A DNA stretch of 64,000 nucleotides from Octopus sinensis. Its lineage: Eukaryota. The first letter of the stretch is position 1, and each line of letters begins with the position of its first letter. The stretch covers positions 16,244,001 to 16,308,000 of the forward strand of contig NC_043007.1 of the NCBI RefSeq assembly GCF_006345805.1. Reading direction: 5' to 3'. The notes beneath the pieces were generated by a model that was given only the letters and a program-made list of their open reading frames with translations, ran no database searches and was not told the DNA's origin. The position numbers and the translations under genes are program-made. Below, in pieces: positions 35,008-48,290 of the stretch.

Positions 35008-35145
35008 CTTCGTTTATATAATATACAAATAATATACTACAGCTGTGAGGAACAGAATACTTAACTTACATGACCAGTAAGGCTAACAGTGGTAGGGTTA
35101 GTTTCCTAACCGAGAGGAGATTTATCTCTCATCTGTAAAATAGGG

Positions 35146-35400
35146 GTGAAAGCGTACGGCCTAGTGGTTAAGGTGTTGCATTTACAGTTGCAAGATCACA
35201 GTTTCGATTCCTGGACCGGGTAGTGCGTTATATTCTTGAGGAAAAAATTTCGTTCCAAGTTGCTCCAACCTACTCGGCTGGGAGTGAGTAAACCTGTGAC
35301 AGGCTGGCGTCCCGTTCAGGGATGCGGGGGGAATGGCGTGATCTTTCGGTTACTTTATACATCATCGAAACCGAGAAACCGGCCCTATGAGTTCTAAGAC
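35146..35400 (+). mobile_element. SINE family D with V-domain-like tail
   Basis: A-box GGCCTAGTGG and B-box GTTTCGATTCC. The tail contains GACAGGCTGGCGTCCCGTTCAGG and GAAACCGGCCCTATGAG. Confidence 0.65.
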
Positions 35401-35424
35401 TCAATACAGCAATGTTCAATAGTT

Positions 35425-35612
35425 GGTGATGATGATGGTGATGATGATGATGATGATGATGGTGATGATGATGGTGATGATGATTGTGGTAGTGGTGGTG
35501 GTGGTGGCGGTGGTGGTGGTGGCGGTGGTGGTGGTGGTGGTGATGATGATGATGATGATTGTGGCGGTGGTGGTGGTGATGATGATGATGAGGAGGAGGA
35601 GGAGGAGAAGGA
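35425..35612. repeat. Compound trinucleotide repeat (GAT/GGT/GAG)
   Basis: Directly visible. Confidence 0.9.
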
Positions 35613-36445
35613 GGCACAATAGGACGGCAACAGTTGGCATTTAAGACGCAGTACTATCGATTTCGCTGGTTCATGAAATTATTTTTTTAATATATACTTC
35701 TTTATAAGTTCGTAAATAAGAATTTATGGAATTTGTAATTCTCTCTCTCTCCCCCGTCTCTCTCTCTCCCCTCTCTCTCCTCTCTCTCTCCTCTCTTTCT
35801 CTCTCTTTCTCTCTCTCTCTTTACTTACATTTGTTACGTGAATTATCCTTTTTAAAAATACTCGTGATTTTTACTCATTGTTGATCTGGTTATTAGTACG
35901 TAAAGATCTGATGTTCGACAGATAAGGTACGAGTAGTTTATAGGTTACCACGGTGAAGTCATGTCAAATTAAACAGAGTTCGAACGTTCTTTTCTTCTTT
36001 CTTTGTTTCTTTTCTAAAATCATTTTGCGTGGGCAAGAACTACTAAACCGATTCAACAACATTTTTTTCATCAACGCCTTTACAGAACTCATGCAGAACA
36101 TATATTTTGTCACGCCTCGTCGTATGATTTATTTGTATTGTTGTCTGAATAGCAAATTGTCTACAGGAGGCAATGTTTCGTAAATGCAGTTTGTTGTTTA
36201 CTGTACAAACCTGTTCCAGCTACGTAAGAGATCAAAGCCCGATTACTGCAACCAGCACAAGAGTGCAAACACTCGTCTACAGTTAATAGCATGCTAGAAA
36301 GTCCATCATGGTGGTGACGCAGTGGAATTCCACAAAATTTGTGATAATCTTCGTTGGCTGGCATCTTGGGCCAGAGTGTTCTACAATAAATCCAGGCTGA
36401 CCAATCTCTAGTGAGTCAATTTGGTGGACGGTAACTGAGTGGAAG

Positions 36446-36676
36446 GCGGCGAGCTGGCAGAAACGTTAGCACGCCGGACGAAGTGCGTAGCCGTATTTCG
36501 TCTGCCGTTACATTCTGGGTTCAAATTCCGCCGAGGTCGACCTTTGCCTTTCATCCTTTCGGGGTCGATACATTAAGTACCAGTTACGCACTGGGGTCGA
36601 TATAATCGACTTAAAACCTATGTCTGTCCTTGTTTGTCCCCTCTATGTTTAGCCCCTTGTGGGTAATAAAGAAATA
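36446..36676 (+). mobile_element. SINE family A monomer inserted in a SINE-B relic
   Basis: Perfect TSD GGTAACTGAGTGGAAG at 36430-36445 and 36677-36692. Confidence 0.9.
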
Positions 36677-36717
36677 GGTAACTGAGTGGAAGCCAGTCGT
36701 GTATATGTATATATTAA

Positions 36718-36764
<47 letters not shown>

Positions 36765-36844
36765 CCGGTTGACAACTGGTGTTGCTTTGTTTACGGCCCC
36801 CATAACTTACCACTGCCCGTAGCCTTTTTACTGGCACTCTGTTG

Positions 36845-37135
36845 GTTACGTCGACGGGTGTTCCAGTTGATCCAATCAACGGAATGGCCTGCTCGTGAAA
36901 TTAATATGCAAGTGGCTGAGCACTCCACAGACACATGTATCCTTAACGTAGTTCCCAGGGTCATTCGGCTGGGGTTTTGATTTACAAGTGCAACTCATCT
37001 TTGCCAGCTGAGTGGACTGGAGCAATGTGAAATAAAGTATCTTGCTTAAGGACACAACGAGCTGCCAGGAATTGAACTCACGATCTTACGATAGTGAACC
37101 GAATAGCCCTAACTGCTAAGCCACGCACCTTCACT
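36845..37135 (-). mobile_element. SINE family D head with the family-C main tail
   Basis: The tail matches 11600-11720. The head and core match 38910-39052. Confidence 0.7.
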
Positions 37136-38741
37136 CTACTAGCATATTGCCTTTGTGTAAGAGTTTGGTGTTAGTATTGTTTAATCCCAGGTCAATTCAG
37201 ATTGAGTAGACGTACGAACAGAAGCGTTCCAGCCACGACCAGTCTGTCATTTTAGGAGTACTTAAGACTATGTGACCTAACGTGCTCTTCCCTTTTTTAG
37301 AACGATAAGGGGTTATTTGAGGAACAGATGGCTGTTACAGCAGGTTGAAAGTGGCTACGTTGTTGCTCACTCGTTGGCTACAGTAAAAGGTAATGATCTA
37401 CTCACCATCATAGCTAGAGTGTGTGCCACCCGGGGTGGTCCTTCTGTTTGCCGCCCTCATACCCCACAAAAAAACACGTATTGCCTACAGCAGACCCAAA
37501 AGTACTGCTCCTTTAAAAGTACCGCCCGGGGTGAACCGCCCGGGGTGGACCGCCCCTTCTACCCCCCACCCCCAGCTACGCTGGTGGATCTACTAACCCA
37601 CAATGTCCAGGGGTAGATAATCATAGCAGCAATCAAATATAGCATATGCTACGGATCCTGTACTTCCTGAGATCTCATGTTGCATATGTGAAAGGATTCT
37701 ATGATTCAAGTAATATTAAATACATGACATTTGAAAAATCAAATCATCATTTTATCTTGATAAATATTTCATATTTCAATATGGTCTATGTTAATATATA
37801 GTATTCAAAGTAATGACTATCCTACTCGCATGATTTATAGTTTATGAATTATTTAATCTCAAAACAATTCTATCTTCTGCGTCAACAAATGTACAATATT
37901 GTGCAAAGTTATTTAATGACATCGAAACACGTTCGCAATTTTCTGCCGTACTGGTTAAAACAAAATATTTAAATGCATAGTAGATTCATCATTTGGAAAT
38001 ATTACAATGTATTTGACAGCGTATAAGACGTACTTTTTCCCCAAATAAAATGTCTCAAAAGGATTACCCGGAATCCTACATCCGAATGTTGGCCTCCATT
38101 AAGCTTTAATGCACTAATAAAAAAAACTTTCTTTGTCCTGAATATGCGCTGCTGAAATTCAGGGTGTACCCATTATTACTTGTGCGTCTTTTATACCATT
38201 ATATACATATTTCTTTATCGCATAATTATTTCCAGTTAGCTTTTAAAGCTCCGTTCATGAAACATGTTAACGCTAATTTAGCATTTGTTCCCGTTTTATG
38301 CATATTTTTGTCAGTTCGGCCAGAAAAATATACTGCTGAATATCAACGACAAGTGATACGTTTCTATTATTTTCTTTTTTCTTAATATCTAAACACATTG
38401 TTCTGCTCCTACGTGTCGGTGGGTGGTCTCCTTTATCTACCAGAAGCACTCGATTTTCAGTAGCAAAGAGGATATTAGATATTTGTTTGGGAACCCACGC
38501 TAGTGTTTAAAAATGCTGTGTTGCAATACTGCAAAGTTGCATGCATAAATCTACCAGTATACAATAGAAATATTTTACCTTTTTACCCGACCAGCAAGGC
38601 AACTGCTCTTGACGATGTTTCTTCGATTATCTTCAAACAGAAAGCTCCCAAGCAAGTTCCTGCAATGACCAGAGTCTTCAATGTTTATTTGCATGGAGAT
38701 CGACGCAGTTATGAATGGTACTTTTTAATAACAAAACTAGC

Positions 38742-39052
38742 ATTCCGTCGGTTACGACGATGAGGGTTCCAGTTGATCCAATCAACGGAACGGCTTGCCT
38801 GTGAAATTAACGTGCAAGCACTCTACAGACACACATACCCTTAATATAGTTCTCAGGGAGATTCAGTGTGACACAGAATGTGACATGGTTGGCCCTTTGA
38901 ATTACAGGTACTGCTCAATTTTGCCAGCTGAGTGGACTGGAGCAACGTGAAATAAAGTGTCTTGCTTAAGGACACAACACATCACTGGGAATTGAACTCA
39001 TAACCTTACAATCGCGAGCCGAATACATTAACCCATAAGCTAGCGTGTTCAC
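38742..39052 (-). mobile_element. SINE family D head with the family-C main tail
   Basis: CATTCCGTCGGTTACGACG tail joined to a GCCAGCTGAGTGGACTGGAGC core. Confidence 0.7.
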
Positions 39053-39054
39053 AC

Positions 39055-39436
39055 TTTTTAACTGCGGCCATGCAGGAGCACCACCTTTACTTGAGCAAAT
39101 CGACCCCAGGACTTATTCTTTGTAAGCCAAGTAATTATTCTATCGGTCTCTTTTGCCGAACCGCTAGGTTACGGGGACGTAAACACACCAACATCGGTTG
39201 TCAAGCGATGTTGGGAGGACAAACACAGACACACAAACATATGCACACATATATATACATATACATATATACAACGGGCTTCTTTCAGTATCCGTCTACC
39301 AAATCCACTCACAAGGTTTTGGTCGGCCCGAGGTTATAGTAGAAGACACTTGCCCAAGGTGCCAGGCAGTGGGACTGCACCCGGAACCATGTGGTTGGTA
39401 AACAAGCTACTTACCACACAGCCACTCCTGCGCCTA
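39055..39436 (-). mobile_element. SINE family B
   Basis: Reverse match to the family. Confidence 0.85.
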
Positions 39437-39519
39437 ATGTTCACATTATTTCAAAAGTTTGAAAATCTGCAACAGCAAAATCTGTAATAGCACCACCTGA
39501 TAGGATTATCTAAATCCTT

Positions 39520-40500
39520 TTTAAGTCAAGTTTTGTTTATGGTCCATTCAAGTAGTGGATTCTCGTTGAGTGAGTTGTATCCAGGTATGGGTGGCTTATC
39601 TGGTATTCCATGAAGAAATCTGTCCAGACTCCGTTTAAAGGTGATGGGATCCTTTTCCTCTTTAATCAGTTTTGGGACAATGTTAAACAGGGCAGGGCCT
39701 GTTGAAGAAAAGAAATCATGTCGCAATGTACCTATATGTTGTGATCTTGAATTGGCCAGGGGACGTATGGCCCGTGGTCCCAGTCTTCTATGAATCTTGA
39801 TACAAATGTTCAGGTCATTTGGGCAATGCTGTCGGTACATCGTACAAATGATGTACCGCTCGCGGCGGCGCTGGAGAGAGTAGAGTTTCAAGGCTTTGAG
39901 GCGGTCCCAGTAATCGAGATCAGTCATGGAAAGGTCATTTATGTAAGCTATAAAGAGGAGCGGGCCCAAGACAGTCCCTTGAGGGACACCACTGGGACTT
40001 TTTCTGGGCTTGGGTGGACTCCATCGACCACAATTTCTTGCGTTCTATTCGCCAGGAAATACTTAATCCAGTGTAGAAGATTTCCACGGATTCCAACATT
40101 TGCCAATTTTAAGAGTAAGATGTTATGGTCAACCCTGTCGAACGCTTTACTGAAGTCAAGATATATGACATCAGAGTTCGAACCTGATCCCAAGGCTTTA
40201 CGTGTATCTTCAATGTGGTGTGACGGCTATGTTAGCCAGGTCTGCCACAGCGAAAGCCATGCTGATTTGCATTTAGGAGTTTGTGGGTGTCCAGGATCTT
40301 GCCACTCTTTCAAACACTTTAATGATGTGGGAGGTGAGTGAGATTGGGCGATAGTTGACTGCGAGGGATCTATTTCCCTGTTTGAAAACTGGGATGACAG
40401 ACTAGGATAGGAGCTGTTTCGGTGTATAACCTGAGACTAAAGAATTTCTCCAGAGGTTGGTCAGAGGGACTGCAAGTTGGTGTCTACATTCCTTCGGGAG
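39520..40500 (-). mobile_element. CR1-group LINE ORF2 relic (RT, internally deleted)
   Basis: Reads NYRPISLTSHIIKVFER, NQHGFR, VIYLDFSKAFDRVDH, (SGV)PQGTVLGPLLFIAYIND, then YWDRLKALKLYSLQRRRER..FKRSLDRFL across frameshifts. Confidence 0.9.
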
Positions 40501-40791
40501 ACAGGCGTTCTACCTTTGGTTAAAAGCAACCCTTCAAATCTCTCTATCTATTATAGAAACTTACTAGCGAGAAATTTGTGGCTTTGGTAAAGCAAACATG
40601 ATAAGAGAACTGAACCAATGGTAGAACGCCTGTCATGTTTACAGGAGGTGTGAGTTTCAGTCCCAATGAGCTTTTTAAACTTATTATTTACATACTATTA
40701 TTCATACCTTTATTTGTTACGAGATCCAGCAATCCAGAAAAGAAGAATTATTTCACATTCTCTCAAAGTTTATAAAAACCCTTATGACATC

Positions 40792-40831
<40 letters not shown>

Positions 40832-41012
40832 CATATTGAGTTTACATAACTAACACTGAAATTGTAAAACAGCGGATTAAAACATCGGACTGCCTCGTAA
40901 CAATGTTTAATAAATGACCTCCCAAATGCAGTTGGTCTTAACCTTTAGCAACAGGGAGATAGCATAAAATAATGCGTTCAGCTGCTCCATATCTTAACGA
41001 GGAAGTCCTACC

Positions 41013-41016
<4 letters not shown>

Positions 41017-41055
<39 letters not shown>

Positions 41056-41080
41056 GTCTATCTATCTATTTATCTATCTA

Positions 41081-41163
<83 letters not shown>

Positions 41164-41165
41164 CT
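41017..41165. repeat. (TATC)n microsatellite
   Basis: Directly visible. Confidence 0.9.
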
Positions 41166-41410
41166 CTCGGTCTCTCTGACGCTCTCACTTAATACCACTC
41201 ACACATACCATTGACATACATACTTAAACAGTACACATACGCAAACACACTCAGAGCACTTAGATATGTGCATGATATACAATAGCCAACACACACACAC
41301 ACACATGCACACACACAAACACACACACTCATTCACTAGCTCACAGGAATGATCTACAGATGGTAATTTGTTTCTAACCTGAATGACACATGAAATGTCA
41401 GAGTTTGCCA

Positions 41411-41473
<63 letters not shown>

Positions 41474-41598
41474 CGGGCGTGTGTGAGTGCGTCTATGTGT
41501 GTATAACTCTCTATATGTATATGATATATATGTGTGTGTATGTATATATGAATATAAAGTTTCCATGTAGCTTAATAGATAAGCTGATGCATTGTTGC

Positions 41599-41638
<40 letters not shown>

Positions 41639-41699
41639 CTGTCTGTCTGTCTGTCTGTCTGTGTATGTATTTATATATGTATATATATGTATGTATGCA

Positions 41700-41730
<31 letters not shown>

Positions 41731-41798
41731 GTATTTATATATGTATATATGCATATATATATATAGATAGATAGATACATACATACATATATATATAC

Positions 41799-41843
<45 letters not shown>

Positions 41844-42072
41844 TATATGTATTTATATATATATATGTATATATATATATACATGTGTGTATGCTGTGTG
41901 TGTGCTGTGTGTGCTGTGTGTTTATGTGTGTGTGAGCGTCTATGCAAGCGTATTTGCCGGTGTATGCGTGAATGAATATATATGGGATCGTCTCTAATTA
42001 CTGGAGTGACAAAGTTGAACCTTGCCGCATGAAAGTGCAAATGTTCAAAGGCACATCATGTCAACAACGTCG

Positions 42073-42106
<34 letters not shown>

Positions 42107-42671
42107 AAGCAACAACAACGGTAACAACAACAGCAACAGCATCGACAACGAGGAGAAACGACTAAAACAACATCAAACCATCAAATGTTTGCAAATATTT
42201 TTTGTGTGGCGTTATTTCGTCAGTGGTAGCAGTTAGTGTCAAAGTATTTTGGTGGCGATGACATTTCATATCCTTGTAACAGCTTCAGCTACTACTCTAC
42301 CCCACCATCACCACCACCACCAACACTATTACTACTACTACTAGCGCTACCGGATTTTTTTCTGTTTGATTTTCCTTCAATTTTGTTCCAATTCATTTCA
42401 GATTTGGTGTATTAATGTAGTTTTGTATGGATATGAAATTTCTTTTTGCCGTAAATTAATAAATAAAACGTTGACTGCTTTTAAAGTTGGCGAATTTTAT
42501 GTAATTTTAGCCAATCGAAAGTCACCGAGATATTGGTGCCTGTTTCCATAGTAACAACCAAAGCTGTTGTGTAGTCTCCTTACTAACGTGATACCGTCCT
42601 GTCCACTGTTCTTTTCTATTCTAGGCACAAGGCCCGAAATTTTGGTGGAGGGGGCCAGTCATTTAGATGGA

Positions 42672-42864
42672 CCCCGCAGGTCATGCGTTGTTTATCTTGA
42701 TATGAGATCACCATGTCGCGCACATATGCTTGTGATGCATGTGCCTAGTGTACCCTTATCAGACGGGTAGTCATGATGGGTATACCGGGCTTCGTATATT
42801 TTACCCCAGTGTAACTTTGATGGCATGCACTGCTCTCCCACTCAATAATAATAATAATAATAAT
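42672..42864 (+). mobile_element. 3' end of the repeat family seen at 22011-22540, with (AAT)n tail
   Basis: Direct sequence match to about 22395-22540. Confidence 0.7.
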
Positions 42865-43063
42865 TTATGACATTAGCAAAAATCACAAATTTCGTGGGTT
42901 TGAAGGATAGGAATTGGTAACTAGATCAGCCTCAGCTGAAATAATTCCGTTTCTTTCACGATGCAAGTACTTTCGACAAAAAGTAAGAAGTGTGTGTGTA
43001 AGTGTGTGTGTGTAAGTGTGTGTAAGTGTGTGTGTGTGTGTAAGTGTGTGTGTGTGTGTAAGT

Positions 43064-43105
<42 letters not shown>

Positions 43106-43356
43106 GTGTGTGTGTGTGTGTGTGTGTATGTTTCTGTTTCTGTTTGTGTTTGTCCCACAACAGCTTAACAATCAGTGCTAGTCTGTTTACATACTCGTAA
43201 CCTAGCAGTTCAAAAGAGACCGATAGAATAAGTACAAGATTTTTGTATAAATAAGTACTGGGGTTGGTTTATTCGTCTGAAATCTCTTAATGACGGTACC
43301 TCTGCATGGCTGCAGCCAATGACTGAAACAAGTGAAAGAAAACAAATTGGCTATCT

Positions 43357-43993
43357 ACCTGAGGCTTTATATAGCTATGGTGCGGCCTCACCTGGAATTT
43401 GCATCACCAGTCTGGAACCCCTATCTTGCCCAAGATATTAATCGTTCTGGAAACCGTTCAGCGACGTGCAACCAAGAGAATACCCTCCATCAGGCATTTG
43501 CCATATTCTGAACGCCTTACTTCCCTGGGCATGGACACATTGAAACTCCGACGTCTGGCAGCTGACTTGGCAGACAGCCATAAAATTATTAACCATCGTA
43601 CAAACAATAACTCTGAGCACCTTTTCAAACTCCACCTGTCTAACACCCGTGGACATGTTTACAAAGTCAGAAAAACAGTACAACTCTCATGACTTTCGGA
43701 AACATTTTTCACGCTAAGAGTTGCTGAAGCATGGAACAAACTGCCGGCATCAGTTGTTAGTTGTCAAAGCACTGCATCCTTCAAAACTTCTATGCTTCCT
43801 GAGATTCGCCAACACTACACCTGATTTTCTCTCCTCCATACACACGCAAGCATGTTTCTAACTCATACACTGTTCACTTTCCAGACATTTATATATTACT
43901 GCAGATGCTTTATAAGCTCTTTTGACAAGTTGTGGTGCACCTTTGCACTGTATAGAATAATTTCATTATTATTATTTATTATTATTATTATTA
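43357..43993 (+). mobile_element. CR1-type LINE 3' fragment with (ATT)n tail
   Basis: Reads LYIAMVRPHLEFASPVWNPYL..ETVQRRATKRIP..YSERLTSLGMDTLKLRR..NTRGHVYKVRK..WNKLP. Confidence 0.9.
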
Positions 43994-44086
43994 TAGAATT
44001 ACTTAGAATTTAACCACAATGACAAGATGTCGAAAGAATCATAGAACCAAATGTTCTGGTAAAGTTATGACGGCCTGCAAAGGTAA

Positions 44087-44119
<33 letters not shown>

Positions 44120-45696
44120 GACGAGGGAGAGAACAGGTTGTAATTTTTATAGAATAAGTTTATTTATTGTGAGGTGAGGTGTGTTCTGACATTTAGACCT
44201 GTCTTGCATGAAACCTTTGAACTAACATCTCCTCACGACTCACTCAGACTTATCGTATTTTACGAATGAACAGTTCTTTTCTTCAATCTGAAAAGAATAA
44301 ATATTTTTGTCACTTCAAAATCTTCTTTATTACTGAATTGGCATGTGTAAAATCTGGTTTTCTTATATTGTTGTCTAATGAAAGTCTACTTTAGCGTTTA
44401 TCTCATTTTATTTCTTTTTCAAAAAGAATTTCAAACAATATTTTAAGTATAACTTTTTAAAATATATTTTTAACCCCTAGTTACCCGTGGGAAAGAGTGA
44501 ATAGCCAAGTGGATAGAAAGATCGGTAGTTCGCAGCAAGCCAAAGCCACTGCATTATGTCAGCGATTATTATACTTATTTTCACCTTTTCTTCCAGCTTT
44601 TTATTTTCTGAATTCAAATACCACCGCGGTTGACTTTGCCTTTCATCTTTTCAGTGATGATAAAATAAGTGTCATTTGGGTGTGGTAGTCGATTTAATTA
44701 AATTACCTCCTCCCATTAAAATTTACTCACCTTGTACCAAAATTTGAAACTATTATTACGCTTATTTTGTCTCTAAATGACTCGGTCATTTTAACTCTGA
44801 ATATGTAAGATAGCGGTTGCAAATATTTAGACAACTTTTATATCTTCAGAAGTATGAACAAGTGTTAAACTATCACACAGTAAATTGAAATGTCGCATTG
44901 AATAAAATTTGTAATTGAAGCACTACTTGAAGTATTCAATGATAAAAGAAACCACAAAACCCCATTTTGATAAAAATATCTAAAATCTTTTCCAGACAGC
45001 CTAGCCTTTAAAATTTGCTTTCTTTTTGTAAAGGTTTCAATCAAATCAATAAGCAGCTTTCATTCATTATAGTTTAGTTGAGCGGAGGCACTGACGTCGA
45101 GTTAAGGAATTTGCTCCTAAATTGGAGATGTGTCATTTAGCATGATCTGAGATGGATCCAAACCCTAGAATGAAATTGGACGAAAATTACATGGAAAATC
45201 CATCGAATGAACTATATCTGTGATTCTGATTCTAAGGGCTAGTTTTGTTACGTAGCGGGTTACATTGATACTCCCTAAGGATTACATTAAGTATATGCGT
45301 GTTTGTGTATCCAATTCAGCCACTTTCATACTAACACGAGTTATAAGTCAATAACTAGTAAATTGAAACCGACAGAGACACATGCATTGATGTAAGCCTA
45401 AGCTTAAGCCTACACGAGTATACCAATGGCTTTCGTTCAATGCTGTTGAACTTTACATTATATATTTGCATGTTTTTCTTTGTCTGTGGGTCATCATGCC
45501 TTATTATCATTTCTGATATATAAGTACCGGATGTACGATAATGTATCATATATATGTTGTGTGTGTGGGGGGGTATAAGATTGTGGTTATAGAGGGGGCT
45601 TTTGTTCTTTCTTTTTCCCCTCAATCCGATTTATTTTGTAATGCATTATTTTTTTACCTTCTATCTCGCACTGCCTCACACACAAACACACACACA

Positions 45697-45735
<39 letters not shown>

Positions 45736-45779
45736 ACACACACAAGCACGCGCATGCATACATACATACATACATACAT

Positions 45780-47045
45780 GGGGAATTCCAGAAATTTTCA
45801 GATATTTTTCACAAGAGACATTTATTAATTTGAAAGAAGTACAAAATTCTAATCTCCGTCAAAGTAGGGGGTCTCTGACATCAATGTATTTGTTGTAGTG
45901 CTTCAGCCACTTCATGAAGGCCCCCATAAAAGTCCTTCAAGGTGAAGGTGTCCAGGACCCTTTATCACAGCCTCATTCGCCGTCAAAACGACTGCCTCTA
46001 GTTTCTTCTTCACCTTGGGGAACAACCAATAGTCACGGGGGTCAAGATCTGGACAGTAGGGAGAGTGAGAGATATTTTTGATGCCCACCCCTGTTGGTTA
46101 CCAGGATGATTGTCACTGAGCACCATGGAAACAACCTTCGCACAAATCCTGCAAAAGTTCAGATCTTCGTGAATAATTCTGTGTACAGTTGCCTCACCAA
46201 CTCCACACTGTATGATTATTGCCTTTATAGACACACGACGGTTCTCATCAAGGAAATTGAGAATTTTCTCAACCAGCTCTGATGTTCTGGCCTCCCTCCT
46301 TCGCCTCCCACACATCTCATTGTCCATCACCCGCTCTTTACCGTCTTTTAGTGGAGGCGGAATAGCCCAGTGGTTAGGGCAGCGGACTCGCGGTCGTAGG
46401 ATCGCGGTTTCGATTCTCAGACCGGGCGTTGTGAGTGTTTATTGAGCGAAAACACCTAAAGCTCCACGAGGCTCCGGCAGGGGATGGTGGTGATCCCTGC
46501 TGTACTCTTTCACCACAACTTTCTCTCACCCTTACTTCCTGTTTCTGTTGTACCTATATTTCAAAGGGCCGGCCTTGTCACTCTCTGTGTCACGCTGAAT
46601 ATCCCCGAGAACTACGTTAAGGGTACACGTGTCTGTGGAGTGCTCAGCCACTTACACGTTAATTTCACGAGCAGGCTGTTCCGTTGATCGGATCAACCGG
46701 AACCCTCGTCGTCGTAACCGACGGAGTGCTTCCCACCGTCTTTGAACCTCTTGTGCTATCGACGAGGTTAATCCGTAAGCAGCCTGGAGAATTTCGTTAG
46801 TTTCTGTAGCGTTTTTACCCATTTCAAAACACCACACTTGATTGCGTAGCGAGTTCACAAACGTCTCGATTGCATTCGGCAAACTGATCGGCTGTGGTAC
46901 GCAGTATTTAGCTGGGCGTGTTCAAAGTGCTGTTGCAGCTGTCTCTTCAGTCGAAAATAGCAAAAACTGGACGAACAGCTTATTGTATGCTTTGTAATGA
47001 TATACAAAAATTACAATAATCTAGGACACTTATAACTGCCTCTCC
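45780..47045 (-). mobile_element. Internally deleted mariner element, interrupted by SINE-C
   Basis: Reads CFEMGKNATETNEILQAAYG, KRFKDGKERVMDNE.CGR and TVHRIIHEDLNFCRICAKVV. It then jumps to a HPPYSPDL-like 3' segment. Confidence 0.75.
46349..46734 (+). mobile_element. SINE family C, full length, main tail
   Basis: TSD ACCGTCTTT at 46340-46348 and 46735-46743. Confidence 0.9.
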
Positions 47046-47054
47046 TATAAAAGT

Positions 47055-47273
47055 CTCATATATACACATATATAATATATATATCATATATAAGATATAT
47101 ATATATATAATATATTATATATATAATATTATATATATATAATATTAATATATATATATAATTATATATATATATATTAATATATATATATAAATATATA
47201 TAATATATAATATATATATATATATATAATATATATATAATAATACTATATATATATATATATTATATATAAT

Positions 47274-47313
<40 letters not shown>

Positions 47314-47317
47314 TATA

Positions 47318-47359
<42 letters not shown>

Positions 47360-47709
47360 TAATTATATATATATATTATATATATATAAATATATAATAT
47401 ATATATAATATATATATTAATATATATAATATTATATATATATAATATTATATATATAATATATATATATATATAATATATATATATATAATTATATTAT
47501 ATTATATAATATATATATATATAATATATATATATATATTATATATATATAATATATATATATATATAATATATATATAATATACTATATATTAATTATT
47601 ATATATATATAATATATATATAATATTATAATATATAGAATATATTATATATAAATATATATATATATATATATAATATATATAATATAATATATATATA
47701 TAATATATA

Positions 47710-47748
<39 letters not shown>

Positions 47749-47840
47749 TATATATATATAATATATATATCTATATAATATATATAATTATATATATATA
47801 TATATAAATATATAATATATATATATATATATATAATATT

Positions 47841-47916
<76 letters not shown>

Positions 47917-47925
47917 ATATATATA
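47055..47925. repeat. Degenerate (TA)n tract, about 870 bp
   Basis: Almost pure A/T. Confidence 0.95.
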
Positions 47926-48176
47926 CTCTTTACTCTTTAACTGTTTCAGTCATTTGACTGTGACCATGCTAGCGCACCGCCTTTAGTCGAGCAAACTTAT
48001 TCTTTGGAAGCCTAGTGCTTCTTTCAGTTTCCGTCTACCAAATCCACTCACAAGGATTTTGTCGGCCCGAGATTATAGTAGAAGACACTTGCCCAAGGTG
48101 TCACGAAGTGGGACTAAACCTGGAACCATGCGGTTGGTAAGCAAGCTACTTACCACGTAGCCACTCCTACGCCTAT
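47925..48176 (-). mobile_element. SINE family B, internally deleted
   Basis: Head and tail are present but the central module is missing. Confidence 0.8.
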
Positions 48177-48202
48177 AATATATATATATATATATATGTG
48201 TG

Positions 48203-48240
<38 letters not shown>

Positions 48241-48290
48241 ATTTGTATGTATGTATGTATGTATGTATGTATGTATGTATGTATGTATGT

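Noticed and set aside
35270-35644. Poly-His, poly-Pro and poly-Val ORFs
   Set aside because: They come from a compound trinucleotide repeat and a SINE, with no flanking coding sequence or splice sites.
36161-36364. 67-aa ORF with Cys/His residues as a zinc-finger exon
   Set aside because: The spacing does not fit C2H2 or RING patterns and there is no consistent splice-site pair.
46349-46430. tRNA-like sequences at SINE heads as tRNA genes
   Set aside because: A and B boxes are present, but there is no complete cloverleaf or acceptor stem. They continue into SINE bodies bounded by TSDs.
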